Source of the DNA: Vicugna vicugna
Lineage: Eukaryota
Assembly (NCBI GenBank): GCA_013265495.1
Contig: MU058042.1
Span: 44,083-77,635, forward strand
DNA: 33,553 nucleotides
Direction: 5' to 3'
Shown here piece after piece: positions 1 through 11,791 of this stretch. The notes beneath the pieces are model-generated. The model saw only the letters and a program-made list of their open reading frames with translations. It had not been told where the DNA came from and made no database searches. How positions within the stretch are numbered: position 1 is the stretch's first letter; each line of letters starts with the position of its first letter. Both the position numbers and the translations under genes were made by a program.

Positions 1-715
1 CAAAAAAAATGCATGAACTATCAGAGCATTTTCATTGATACAAGAAAACCTGGTTTTGGCCATAGAGATGGTCCTGAAAAGCTGTGAACAAACCCAATTT
101 TAGAAAAGGAAATGTGATTTTAAATGTATGAAGGGCTCTCTGTTTCTAAAGGGAGCTTGCCTGGAATGACTGAGGGGGGATTTTCTTTATGAAGAATCCT
201 TTGTAAAGCAAAATTTTTTCTCCCATTCATCGCGCGCGTGTGTGTGTTTCTTCAACTGGGGCATCTGTATTCCAAATCAGTCCTCAGAATAACTGCAAGG
301 TGGAAAAATTTGTCTTCAGGGCTTCTTCTCTCATTGGGTGCCCTGACTCTTTCTCTATGCTTGGAGTTCCTCCCTCCCATCACCTCCCACTTCTCTTTGG
401 GAAAACTGGTTAGAATGGATGGAGCTAGGGGGTGAACAGGTCATTAGATAATAACAACATAAGCATGACCGTGGCCAGGAGCACCTCGATTTTTATGATG
501 TATTTTTTACAAAACTGAAAAACGTCGATCCTAATGAAGGGATCGCTATAGATAATTTTGATCAATTTCTGTCAGACATTGCTTGTCCTGCTTTGATTTG
601 GGAGATGTCATGCCCATCGCCCAAGGTGATTCCTTGGAGAATTTAGCTCCTTCATTGTGTGCTGATTTCACAGGTTTAACACTTAGTGAGTAACTGTCTC
701 CAACTTCTTGGGTCC

Positions 716-1884
716 TGTAGTAGGTTGAATGGTAGCTCCCAAAAGTTAAGTCCACTCTGCAGCTGCAAATGTGATCCTATCTGCGAAAGGATATTTGCAG
801 GTGCAATTAAGGTAAGGCTCTCAAGATGAGATCATCCTGGACTAGCGTGGGCTCTAAATCCAATGACAAGTGTCCTTATAAGTGGAGAGAAGGGGAGAAG
901 TCACGAAAGAAAGCAGGCAACGTGAGGACAGAGTCAGAGATCAGAGTGATGCATCAAAGGTTGCCAGGGGCCACCAGAAGCTAGGAGAGAGTCATGGAAG
1001 GATTCTCAGTCAGTGCTTCCAGACAAAACCAGCACTGCCAACACCTTGATTGCAGACTTCTGGCCCCAGAACTTTGAGAGAATAAATTTCTTTTTCTTTT
1101 AATTGAAGTATAGTCGGTTTACAATGGTGTGTTAATTTCTGGTGTACATCATAGTGATTCAGTTACACACACATATAGTATATCCTTTTCATATTCTTCT
1201 TCATTATAGGCTATTACAGGGTATTGAATACAGTTCCCTGTTCTATACAGTAGGACCTTGTTGTTTGTCTGTTTTATATGCAGTAGTTAGTATCTGCAAA
1301 TCCCAAACTCCCAGTTTATCCCTCTACTCTCTTCTCCCTCTGGTAACCATAAGTTTGTTTTCTGTGTCTGTGAGTCTCTCTCTGTTTTGTAAATAAGTTC
1401 ATTTGTGCCATTATTTTTAGATTCCACATATAAGTGATAACATATGATACTGTTCCTTCTCTTTCTGACTTACTTCATTTAGTATGATAACCTCCAGATT
1501 CATCATGTTGCTACAAATGGCATTATTTCATTCTTTTTTCATGGCTGAGTAGTATTCCATTATATATATATACCACAGCTTCTTTATCCAATCATCTGTT
1601 GATGAACAGTTAGGTTGCTCCCATGTCTAGGCCATTGTAAATAGTGCTGCTGTGAACATTGGGGTGGATGTATCTTTCTGAATTAGAGTTTCCTCCAGAT
1701 ACATGCTGGATCATATGGTAAGTCTAGTTTTGGTTTTTAACGGAATCTCCATACTATTTTCCATAACGCTGCACCAAGCTACTTTCCCAGCAACTGTGTA
1801 GGAGAGCTCCCTTTTCTCCATATCCCAAGAGGATAAATTTCTGCTTGTGGAAATTTGCTATAGCATCCCCAGGAAACTAATACA
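716..1884 (+). mobile_element. ERVL-MaLR solo LTR (MLT1B/C-like), split by an L1 insertion
   Basis: Starts TGTAGTAGGTTGAATGG and ends GGAAACTAATACA (TG...CA). Contains MLT1-type motifs (gagatcatcctgga, ccaccagaagctagg, gacttctggcc, gagaataaatttct). Flanked by a perfect 5-bp TSD GGTCC (711-715 and 1885-1889). Confidence 0.9.
1092..1828 (-). mobile_element. 5'-truncated LINE-1 (3' end of ORF2 plus 3'UTR) nested in the MLT1 LTR
   Basis: T-rich tail, then antisense L1 3' sequence (ttttagattccacatataagtga, atggctgagtagtattccatt, gctgctgtgaacattgggg). TSD gagaataaatttct (1078-1091) / gaggataaatttct (1829-1842), 13/14 identical. Confidence 0.92.
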
Positions 1885-1893
1885 GGTCCCCTT

Positions 1894-2721
1894 ATTGTAG
1901 CCTTGTTATAACACGGAAACAGTAAGAACCCAGCTGCCTGCGTGGTGTCATATTATGAGTGCCCAGAGGGACTTCCCTGCGTAAAAAAGTCTTTTCACCC
2001 ACTTACCATCACAAGTGCCCCTGAACCCACAGTAAGTCTATTCTGATGTACAGGGTCAACAGAACTGTATGATGCAGCAGAAATGAATGAACTGTGGCCA
2101 GGTGCAGCAGCACAGGTGACTCACACGTAAGATGTCGAGTGGAAGAAGTCAGACCCAGAAGAATATATATTAAATAAGTATGTTTACATAAAGTTCAAGA
2201 GCCGGTAAAGTTACCTATGGTGTTAAAAGCCAGGATGATGGCTAGGGAAGGGGGTTGTGTAAAGAGGAGAATCAGCAAGAGAGGGGCTTCTGGAGCACTG
2301 GCAATGTTTAATAATTGTAGCCTTGTTGTAACACGGAAACAGTAAGAACCCAGCTGCCTGCGTGGTGTCATATTATGAGTGCCCAGAGGGACTTCCCTGC
2401 TTAAAGAAGTCTTTTCACCCACTTACCATCACAAGCCCCCCTGAACCCACAGTAAGTCTACTCTGATGTACAGGGTCAACAGAACTACAAGATGCAGCAG
2501 AAATGAATGAACTGTGGCCACACAGATGACTCACACTAAGATGTCGAGTGGAAGAAGCCAGACCCAGAAGAACATATGTTGAATAAGTATGTTCACATAA
2601 AGTTCAAGAGCCGGTAAAGTTACCTATGGTGTTAAAAGCCAGGATGATGGCTAGGGAAGGGGGGTGTGTAAAGAGGAGAATCAGCAAGAGAGGGGCTTCT
2701 GGAGCACTGGCAATGTTTAAT
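1894..2721 (+). repeat. Two-copy tandem duplication with a 420-bp period; includes an old L1M 3'UTR-like remnant
   Basis: 1894-2312 aligns to 2314-2721 with about 16 substitutions, one 10-nt deletion and one 1-nt deletion (counted by eye). Confidence 0.95.
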
Positions 2722-2849
2722 TTCTCGATCTGGATGATGGATNNNNNNNNNNNNNNNNNNGGGGCACTTGTCCCTCTGGTCTAGTCTCCCCAGGGATCAT
2801 GTGGTGTAAGAAAGCTGGGGAGGGGAGGTGCACACACAGAGAAACACAG

Positions 2850-3140
2850 ACACATCCAGCTCAGGCAGAAGGAGGTGGGGGCTGGGAACAGCCCGAGAGG
2901 GAGGGACCAGAGACGTGGGAGGAGCCGGTGGAGTCCTGGGACTTCAAGGAGAGAGGCTCAAGGAGGAGGGAGAGGTCAGATCACCCAACCTATTATGGAG
3001 GAGCAGGATGGGGAGCATGGCCCCCTGGGGTGGGACTTAGAGGTCCCTGGTGCCATCAGTGGGAACCGGCTCCTTGGAGCTGCGAGGCTCCAGATGACTG
3101 CGGGCTGAGAAGTGACTGGGAGATTGGGAAATGGAGAGGA
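2850..3140 (-). mobile_element. L2 fragment (degenerate)
   Basis: Purine-rich stretch resembling antisense L2 (gaggtccctggtgccatc ... gggctgagaagtgactgggaga ... gaaatggaga). Confidence 0.5.
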
Positions 3141-4039
3141 GCCCTTTGGGAATCTTGGCTGTGACCTTGGGGTGGGCTGCAGAGGGAAGATTGACAGCTA
3201 AGAGTTTCCTCTAATGTTCATATCCTGAAAAATCCACGGTGGGTAAGGAAGTGCAGAATATTAAAAAAAAATGAAAGTGAATGATGGTAGGGAAATATAT
3301 TTAAGGAGGAAGGTGTAGAAATCATGTGGATAGAGGCAGGGAGGCAGGAGGAGACGCATCAGCAGGCTTTTGACTTTTCAGAGCCGTTCGCACCCAGTCA
3401 GGACTGTCACTGGCCCCTAGAGCCATGCTGTGAGGTAGACAGAATCCGGCTCTCTGTCTTCCAGGTGGGGAACCAGAGCACAGAGAAGTTCGTGCCTGGC
3501 CCGCAGCCCCACAGGGGGACACAGAATCTCTGATTCCTCATCCTGGGCACCGCCACTGGATCCCCCCACCTTCTGAATTTCCTCATGCACTTTCCAAATG
3601 CACCTGGGACAGTGCAGATGCTGACCAGTCTCCAAGTTGCTTTGAAAATGAACACTAGAGGCAGCAAGTGACTTGAGGAGGCAGGACCCGTATTTATCCA
3701 GGTCAAAGAAAGCCTGATAACCTGAGGGATCAGCAGGTGAGAGGAGGAAACCTGATTTCTGCAGTCTGTGACAGCAGGAAAGCTTCCTAAGAGCCGGCAC
3801 ACCTCGCCAGGGGTCATTCGACAAGCGTCGAGTGTTTCCTGTGTGCCCAGTGCTGCACCTGGATGAACTGGAGGGAGGAGGGGACTTGTGGGTACTAGAG
3901 AGCCTGGAGGCCTATAAACAGAGTGCAGCAGGAGGTTGGAGGTGGTAGCGTTGGATGGGGGCTGATTTAGAGCCAAACAAGCCGGAAGTGAGTGAGATGT
4001 CCTTGCCAGCCAGGAAGGGTGAATTGAGGAGCTAAGCAT

Positions 4040-4165
4040 GTCTGGGGTGTCCAGGAACCTGGGCTTCAGTCCTGGCACTGCTAGTGATCGCTTGGACAAG
4101 TCTGCAGGCCTCAGCCAGGTTAAGATGTTTCTGAAGCCCTCCACCCTCATCACAAGATCCTATGT
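4040..4165 (+). mobile_element. MIR/MIR3-like SINE remnant
   Basis: MIR core-like sequence: aggaacctgggcttcagtcctggcactgcta ... cttggacaagtc ... gcctcag. Confidence 0.55.
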
Positions 4166-4356
4166 GAGCAGCAGACAGGTTCGTCCTGATCCTCTGCAGG
4201 GGATGGGGTGGGGGGATGGGTGCAGGGGATGTCAATGTAGAGAGCTCTAGGGTGGCAGGGAGGGAGGGGTGGCTGCAGTGACAGACCAAAGAAAAGTGCC
4301 ATTTACACCGAGTTTCCATCCCAAACAGGTGGCAACGCCCACAGGTGCAATTTTCA

Positions 4357-4440
4357 AAGGCTGGTTAGCGCTCCCTAGATGAGAGCTCCAGGCCTCCAGA
4401 AAAGGCTGGTCTCCCTAGATGAGAGCTCTAGGCCTCCAGG
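4357..4440 (+). repeat. Short tandem duplication (about 40 bp, two copies)
   Basis: ctccctagatgagagctc(c/t)aggcctccag at 4371-4399 and 4411-4439, each preceded closely by aaaggctggt. Confidence 0.9.
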
Positions 4441-5276
4441 TGGCTCTGGACTCCTCACACCTCTGAGGGGCTCTGATCTCCAGGCTAGAATTTCCATGGA
4501 GACCTGAGCCAGGTTTAATATTTCATCCTGTTGCTTTAGATAGTCATATTTTATAGGCATCTGATTAAACTTTTTAAAACATAAGACTTGCTCTTTAGAA
4601 GCATATTAAAAATCAAGAAAAAAAAACTACACCAACATAAAATGTTTTATTGTAAACTCTTTTACACCAAACTCTTTCACAAGTGCCCCTTGGGGATCTG
4701 CATGAACTTGGCTTGAACCTGCCTCTGTGGCCTCCCCATGATTTCTAAGTGGTCAACATTGCCCCTTCTCTGCTTCCCACAAAAGCCCCACTCACACTGG
4801 GGATTTTGTGGTTTTCATGGGTGTTTACTGAAGATCTGGCAGGTTAAGGGGAGGACTGTCCCAGCACATTGTCTAACTGCCTCCGAACTCCGGCTCCCCT
4901 CTCTGTTTCTCTCCTCGCAGCTCCTCCCCCCGCACACCCAACATATTCTGTCTCCTTTAGCAGAGCAGTCACGTTCCCCATTAGCCAACTCACCACCTCA
5001 GTGTCTACCCCAAGGGCAATTCTTACTAAATACAATGTTCTACCTAAAGGAATCTGGAGGATACAATTTTCTACACCAGGTTTCCCACAAAAGCATCTCA
5101 TTTGAAAGTTTCAACTCTCAATGTGCCTTACAGTTGCAAATCAGTGCGTCTGGGCATGGCAGTCAGGAACCTACACTTGAAATGGACCACTGTCATCCTC
5201 ATTTCCCTCTCGCCCATGTCCCAGCCCCTTGCAAGCTTGCTTCTGTTCCTGTCACTTCCCAGAATCTACTGTAAGG

Positions 5277-5473
5277 CAAGTGCTGTTTGACAGAACATTC
5301 TGTGAGAATGGTAATATTTTATTCTGAGTGGTCCAGTATGGTAACCACTAGCCATATGTGGCTACTGAGAATATACAACGTGGCTCATGGAACTGAATTT
5401 TAAATTTTATTTAATTTTAACTTGAATTTTAATTGCTGCATGTGGCTAGTGGCGATCATATTGGACAGAGCAG
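5277..5473 (+). mobile_element. MER3-like hAT-Charlie non-autonomous DNA transposon
   Basis: Internally palindromic: tccagtatggtaaccactagccatatgtggcta ... AT-rich core ... catgtggctagtggcgatcatattggacagagcag, matching the MER3 layout. Confidence 0.85.
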
Positions 5474-5489
5474 CTCTAAGGTACTTGGT

Positions 5490-5950
5490 GACTTTCTAGT
5501 GACCAAATTCAATGCTCATGTTTCTGTCTAACCTCACTTTCTGTCCCTGAAGCATCCTTGTCCCTCTTCCAACCATCGCAACTTGTCGTGGCCCTTCTCC
5601 TTTGCTCCCATAACAGTAAACACCTTCCATACACCTATAACTCAAACAAACCCATTTCTTTTTGATCATACTTCTTTCTTGGGCTCCAGGCCTAATTTCC
5701 AATTGCTTTCTGGATGTCTCCGTAATAATCTCAAAATAAATATGTCCCAAAGTAAACTTATTATTTCTCCCTACTTTTCCATACCCCCTTCAAACAAACT
5801 GAGCTTCTCCAGGCTAAAAGTTGGGCGGGAGTGTCTTAAAATCCTCCCTCTCCCTCCATATGTAATCAGTCACTAAAACCTATGGAATCCACGCCAAACT
5901 ATTTCCCGAAAGCGCCCCCTTGTCTCTATGTCCACCACTGACACTACTAT
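5490..5950 (+). mobile_element. L2 fragment
   Basis: L2-like motifs: ctggatgtctcc, ctcaaaataaatatgtcccaaagtaaactta, cctccctctccctc, aatcagtcactaaaacct. Confidence 0.65.
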
Positions 5951-5955
5951 ACGTT

Positions 5956-6620
5956 CAGAGCTGGCTCTGTAATTTGTGGGTCCAGTGTAGAGTGCAGGGC
6001 CCCGGCTGGGGGTGCACAATCAAGGTCCCTTCCTATGGGCCTCCACCCAACTCACAGGTGGATGGGCAGACCATAAGGGATTGCAACCAAAGAGAAGCTG
6101 GGTACCTGCTTTGGGGTTGGGCAAGGGGTCCCTGCCTGGTCACCCTGCAACGTGCCAAGGCACAGCCAGCCCAGGGCAGTGATGACCACTGCTTTACCCT
6201 ATCCAGATACACCGAGGGGCCTGCACTCAAGCTTGGCCCTCTCTGAGCTTGACTTGACCTCCGCTGGGGGTGGAGGGCAATACAGAAAGTGTCTCCCCTC
6301 TCCAGCCACCAGTGTGATGGGGTCAAGTGATGAGGGTGGGGAGGGGAAACTGGGTGGAGCCTGATGTGCGGGGGGCATGGAGTGGGTGGTGGAGAACCCA
6401 TCCTGGGGAGACGGCAAGAGGTGGGAGTGCACAAGAGCAGAAGCTTCAAGCCCTCAGCACATTCTCCATTGTTCATGGACTCTATCCCCCCAAAACAAAA
6501 ATTCAAGGGTAAAAGGATCAAGAATGTCAACACTGTAATCTCAGAGCATTAAGCAGGACCCTTTTAAATGGGGGACCCTGGGCAACTGCTCCAGTGGTGT
6601 GTCAGTGAACCCCCTTGCCC
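5956..6620 (-). mobile_element. MER45-family (hAT-Tip100) DNA transposon remnant
   Basis: Left end cagagctggctctgtaatttgtgggtccagtg and right end aagaatgtcaacactg ... cagagcattaag ... gggaccctgggcaactgc resemble MER45 termini. Confidence 0.6.
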
Positions 6621-6664
6621 ATGTGCCCTGGAAATAGACCAACCAGAAGCTAGCTAGGGATGGT

Positions 6665-6800
6665 ACCCACTCTTCTGGTGGCATTTGGAAATGTGTCAGG
6701 TGCATGATATTGTCACAGTGACTGGGGAGTCCTTATGGACTTTAGCAGGCAAAGATCAGAGATGCTAAATGTCCCGCTGTGCCTGAACAGTCCTGGGTCA
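6665..6800. mobile_element. MER20-like hAT remnant
   Basis: ggcatttggaaatgtgt ... ttgtcacagtgactgggg ... cagagatgctaaatgtcc ... acagtcc. Confidence 0.6.
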
Positions 6801-7429
6801 GATGACAATAGAGCCCGCTACAGAAACATGGCCAGGGATGCTGCTGTATCCTGCGGTACATCCTGTTACTTCTGCCCAGGATGCCTGCCTTGGGCTCCTT
6901 ACCTTATATAACTCCTTAGCTATTCATCCCCAATTCTCTGGTCTAACCCTGGAAAGCAGAGCCCATGGCTCCTCTATGTCTACTTTCCTTAGAGTCCCTA
7001 TTTCATTTTGCTGTCATCACTGACTCACATGTCATTTCCCTCATGGCTGCATGGGTGCAATCGCATGGAGAGCTTCATTCAAGAGGGAACAGCCCTGGGT
7101 TGGGAGCCAGCCCGTCCATCCATGCCTCTAGTGCTGTCCTTGTCAGCCAGGAGCTGGGAGGACCGGGTAAGTCATTCCTCCTCCCTGAACCCGCAACTCT
7201 ACTCTGCTGCCATCAGAAAGCCCTCAAGTGCTTCTCTGAAAACAATTCTTCAGCTGACACCATAACCTTGGTGAATGATGCCACATCCTCTCCTTCATTT
7301 CCTCTGTCTTTCTTCCTGTCCAGCCTTGAAGTGAAGGTGTAAATCATCTTTCCTTTTCTCCAGGATACGCATATCTCTAGGTGGAGAAAGGACAAGATAA
7401 AGAGACAGGGGCAGAGGTCCCTACCTGTT

Positions 7430-7865
7430 CTTTTTAAAAAAAAAATCGTGGTAAAGTATACATAGTATAAATTTTACCATTTTAGCCATTTTAAATGTAC
7501 AATTCAGGGGCATAAAGTACATTCACAATATTGTACAACTACCGCCAGTATGCATACCCAGAAACAAACAATTTTCCATACTGAGAAGCAGATCCTCATT
7601 TCTCCCTCCCCACAGTCCCTGGCAACCTCCATTCTACTTTCTGTTAGTATGAATTTGCTTACTCTGGGAAACTTATGTAAGTGGAATCATACAGGATTTG
7701 TTCTTTTGCATCTGATCTATTTCACTTTGCATAAGGTCTCCAAGGTTTATCCAGCTTGTAGCATGTGTCAGAATTTCCTTCCATTTAAAGGCTGAGTAAC
7801 ATTCCCTTGTAGGTCTAGACTACATTTTGTTTATCCATTCATCAGTTGATGGACATTTGGTTTGC
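7430..7865 (-). mobile_element. Old LINE-1 3' end (L1MB-like)
   Basis: gtggtaaagtatacata ... tttaaatgtacaattcag ... ggcaacctccattctactttctgt ... tttatccattcatcagttgatggacatttgg. Confidence 0.85.
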
Positions 7866-8346
7866 CCATCTGTTCTTTTTAAAGAAAAGTGTTTCTGGAT
7901 AACCCATTTGGAATCCAGGGGAGTTCAGAGAAGGATAAGTGAGGGCTCCAAGTGGATAGGATCTCTCAGGAGTGACTGAAGCCCAGGGATGCAGAGAGGC
8001 AGAGAAAGTGGTCCATGAGCCTCCAGGGCAAAGCGCCACAGCTTCAGGATGTGAGGGGAGAAGGGGGTGGGTGCAGATAGGGTAACTGGGACGTGCACAG
8101 AGCCCAAGGACCCGGTGGGCTGGTCTCTGTGAAGGAAGGAGGTGAAATATGTTAAGGAAGGTAAATGGAGAGATGTGGTAATGACTGTCTTGCTCTTGGT
8201 TAAGAAAAGGAAGGGCATAGGGAGGGAGAATGCGAAAGAAAGAGAAATAAGAGGGAAAAGGAGAGAACACTTTTCTCAAGTGGTGAATGTGGACTCAGAG
8301 GAAGGAACCAGGCATGGGGACTGAGCTGTTGATGGGAGAGTGAGGG

Positions 8347-9350
8347 CAGGACCAGCTCTATAATTTGCAAGGCCCAGTGCAAAATGAAAATGCAGTTAAA
8401 GGTACTAAAATACAAGGCATTTCCCTTTCTTCTGTGATCCTCTCAACCTACTTTTAAAAAATTTGTCATTTAATGTCATTATAAATAAAGCAAAATTAAA
8501 CATTTAAATGATTAACATGAATTTTGCTGTTCATCTTTATATTGTGTCAATTATTCATTCATGCATTCGTTATCTTTTAATTGTGGTAAATATGCATAAC
8601 ATAAAACATCGTTTTAATCATTTAAATCACATTAACGTTGTTCTACAACCATCGCCACCATCCACTGTGAACTTCTTCCCTCTTGCAAAACTGAAACCCT
8701 GTACCACTGCACACCAACTCCCACTCTGCTCCCCTCCCAGGCCCTGCTCTATTTTTTGTCTCTATGAGTCTAACAACTTTGGGTGCCGCATTCATCCACT
8801 GATGGACGCCTGGGCTATTTCCACCCTTTGGCTACTGAGAATACTACAAAGCCAGCTTTAAACATAAATATAAAAGCATTTCACTTGTATGCCAAATCAC
8901 CAAAACTGCATACTTCGTATCTCATAGCTTGCAAATTCACGTGTATTTTATTTTTACCTCTGCCGAGGAAACACTGGATAAAACTAACTGAACTATCTCC
9001 ATTTCACTTTTTGATATACACACCCACGCCCACCTTTGGTTTACTGGTAGGTAAGGAAGGACTTATAGGAATTCAGGCTGCCCTTTCTTTTCCTTTCTTT
9101 TTATGTCATCATTTTCAGCATAGTTGCTTGGCTAACACAGAGAAGTAACAAGAGAGAAAAGGATATGATCCGTTCTTTGGCCATTCGTGTTTCCTAGAAG
9201 TGCCACTGTTGTCCTTCTGTATTTGAAGCAAGCTCTGGTTTGAGTGGGAAGAGTGGTCTCTTGGGGCTGTCAGTGTCCCGATCACTCAGCTGCAGCCTTG
9301 TGGACACGGTGCATGAGCACGGAACTCCTGCGGGCCCACAATACGTGGGA
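8347..9350 (-). mobile_element. MER45B-like hAT-Tip100 element, interrupted by an L1 fragment
   Basis: Terminus caggaccagctctataatttgcaaggcccagtgcaaaatgaaaatgc. The element-like sequence resumes after about 8845 (gccagctttaaacataaatataaaagcattt). Confidence 0.7.
8573..8843 (-). mobile_element. Old LINE-1 3' end fragment (L1MB-like, internally deleted)
   Basis: ttttaattgtggtaaatatgcataacataaaa ... tcttgcaaaactgaaaccctgtacc ... cattcatccactgatggac ... ttccaccctttggcta. Confidence 0.75.
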
Positions 9351-10124
9351 GTTCAGCCAGACACCAAGAGAGGACAGGCTGAGGGAGAACAGGTCTCCTT
9401 TCGCTCTGTGCACTGTTGCTGGCTTATTTGCAGCGTAGAGAGAAGGCAAGGAATGACCCTTGGGAAACATGACTTCCTTTTTGGTAGGGGTGGATCCTAT
9501 TCAAGGTCCCTTGGATCGGAGTCCTGATGGGAGTAACAGATCCCTGGGGGATGGAGCCTTGAAGTGGTATGTGGCTGAGCCAGCCTGTTAGAGAAAGTCC
9601 AGGTCACTGGTCCAGTCACTGAGTTTTCTTTGGCAGAAGAATGTCCATCCTCTTCATGTAGCGGGTGCCAAGCAGGCCAGGCGTAGTGAGCTCATGGTGT
9701 TTCATGAGTCCTGGAGCTGGAGACTGAGGGTGGAGGGAAACAGAGGGCTGGAGATAGCTCTAATGGCTCCAGGTTTGCAGCAGGCAGGGCTCAGGGCCAA
9801 GGGAGACAGGAAATCATCTGGGTTTTCAGACATTGTGTCATATGATTGTTTATTTGGGAAGAGGAAGCCATCCAGGGAGCGCTGGTGCCCATCATCAGCT
9901 CCTGAGAGAGAAACTCAGCTGGTACATGTGTTATCCTCCCCACCCACGTGCCCGTGGAGCACATGTACGCACAGGAGCACATCCCCTCATCACCTGCCCA
10001 CCGCCGCCCACCCCATGCTCACAGGTGGGGTGAGTTTGTCATGTTCAACATGAAACTTTCAAATAACAGACCTCCAGATCCCCGCTGTCCTCAGTTTTTA
10101 CCCAGATCGTGCCACAAGGGACCC

Positions 10125-10200
10125 ATCACTTCTGTCTCTCTGGGGCAAGTCGTGTCTTGCCGAACCTCGGTTTCCCCATCTGTACAATGAAGAAAGGAAA
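10125..10200 (+). mobile_element. MIR core remnant
   Basis: ggggcaagtc ... gaacctcggtttccccatctgtacaatga. Confidence 0.65.
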
Positions 10201-10344
10201 ACTTCTTCAACCTACCACCTGTGAAAACAGAGGGTGAAGAGCTGTGTAGCCCAGAACAGCTCCATCCAGCCCAGGAGCCATCTTTGTCCTCTTGACGGCC
10301 ACCCAGACCTGAGAGTTTTGGAGTCACAGCAGACTCCTTTCTTG

Positions 10345-10745
10345 CCCTCAAGTCCTGTTGACTCTTCCAGGTACCTAGCAATCATCACCTCCTCTCTATC
10401 CCCACTGCCTCGGTCCTAATTTAGACCCCAGTTACATGCACCTGAGCCACTGCAATAGCCTTCTCACCACCTCCCTGCCTCTGTGCACCTACGCCCGTCT
10501 GTCCTCACACTGCCCTAGGGGTGGCTCTGGTTAGATGCTCCCTGTCCCCAAACCCCTCAGACCTCCTCCTGGCCTCCTGGCCTTTAATTTCAAATTCCTC
10601 CCTGATCTTAATTCATCTGCTCTTCCAGTGGTATCTTCTGTTTTTCCCACATGAGTCTCCTATGCCATAGCCACACTAAGCTGCTCTGTCTTGAGCTAAT
10701 CTTTGCAAATTCTTAACTTTCTACATTTGCCTTTATTCTGGGATG
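10345..10745 (+). mobile_element. L2 fragment
   Basis: aagtcctgttgactct ... tctatccccactgcc ... cactgcaatagccttctca ... ctccctgcctct. Confidence 0.65.
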
Positions 10746-10779
10746 TGCTTTTTTTGTGTGTGTGAAGTATTCTTCAGAT

Positions 10780-11780
10780 CTATCTGTTTGGAAAAATGGC
10801 AAAGTAAGTTCCTTACCTCAAGTGACAGTCTACATAAGTTTCAGATTATCTAAAGACATATGTGAAAAAAAATGAAACCATAAACACATTGGGGGAAAAT
10901 ACAAGTGAATATTTATATATATTTTGGAGTCAGAAAGGTGTTTCTAATAGGACACCAGTCATACAGTGGATGACATCTAAATCAAGCTTCAGGAGGTAAA
11001 TCATTTAATAAAGTAAATTTGAAACTTTTACACATCAAAACAAATGTTAACAAATATGCATAAGAAAGAGTTTGGAAAGTCATCAACAAATTATTAGAGG
11101 TGGTTGTCTCTGGGAGGAAGAGTAAAATCCTTGTGTTTTGTGGTTGTGATGGTGAATTTAATGTTTTAACTTAATATATTTATGTATTAATAGAAGCGTA
11201 GAGAGAGGATCTATTTCTTTGTAATTTAGAATATTAAAGACATCAATAGAAAACATTTAAGAGCTAATGGCAAAGTGATAAAAATATTTGCAATATATGT
11301 GGCAGTCAGGGGATTAATATCCTCACTACATGAAGCCCTTTTACAAAAGTAAGGAAAAAAAGGAACAACCCATTAGGAAATGAGCCAAGGGCACAAATAA
11401 GCAATTAACAGAAGAAAAGATATTAATGGCCAAAGTGCTTATGGAAAAATATCAACCTCATTAATAATTTAAAAATGTAGATTAAAACAAGAAGTTTGGC
11501 AAAGATATGCAGGCAGATTGATTGATAGATAAATTAAAAGATAGTTAATCTATCTTTGCCAAACTTCCTGTTTTAATCTACATTTTGAAATTACTAATGA
11601 AGCTTTTATTTTCCATTTCTTTACCACATATGTGGCGAACTCTTAGGTACTCTTCGGTACTGCCAGCAGGAAAGCACGGTGGTCACATCGGTACATTATT
11701 TTGGCAGGCAATTTGACAGTAGCTATTTAATCTTACAAATGTGTATATATTTTGACCCAGCAATTTCTTTCCCACATGTA
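10780..11780 (+). mobile_element. Ancient LINE-1 ORF2 3' region remnants (L1M/L1ME-like)
   Basis: A-rich sequence with degenerate L1 motifs (aatgaaaccataaa, gggattaatatcc, aacaacccattaggaaatgagccaaggg, ggcaatttgacagta, tttgacccagcaattt). Confidence 0.65.
11441..11616. repeat. Inverted repeat / fold-back (arms about 66 bp, spacer 43 nt)
   Basis: 11458-11507 matches the reverse complement of 11551-11600 at 47/50 positions. Pairing extends imperfectly out to 11441/11616. Confidence 0.92.
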
Positions 11781-11791
11781 TGCTTAAAAAA

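Noticed and set aside
231..247. Alternating purine-pyrimidine run cgcgcgcgtgtgtgtgt (Z-DNA candidate)
   Set aside because: Short, ordinary dinucleotide microsatellite with nothing supporting function.
3407..4153. 248-aa minus-strand ORF
   Set aside because: No recognisable protein family or splice structure, and it overlaps a MIR-like remnant. Likely a chance ORF.
5277..5473. Hairpin-forming sequence as a novel ncRNA
   Set aside because: The self-complementarity is intrinsic to the MER3-like transposon.
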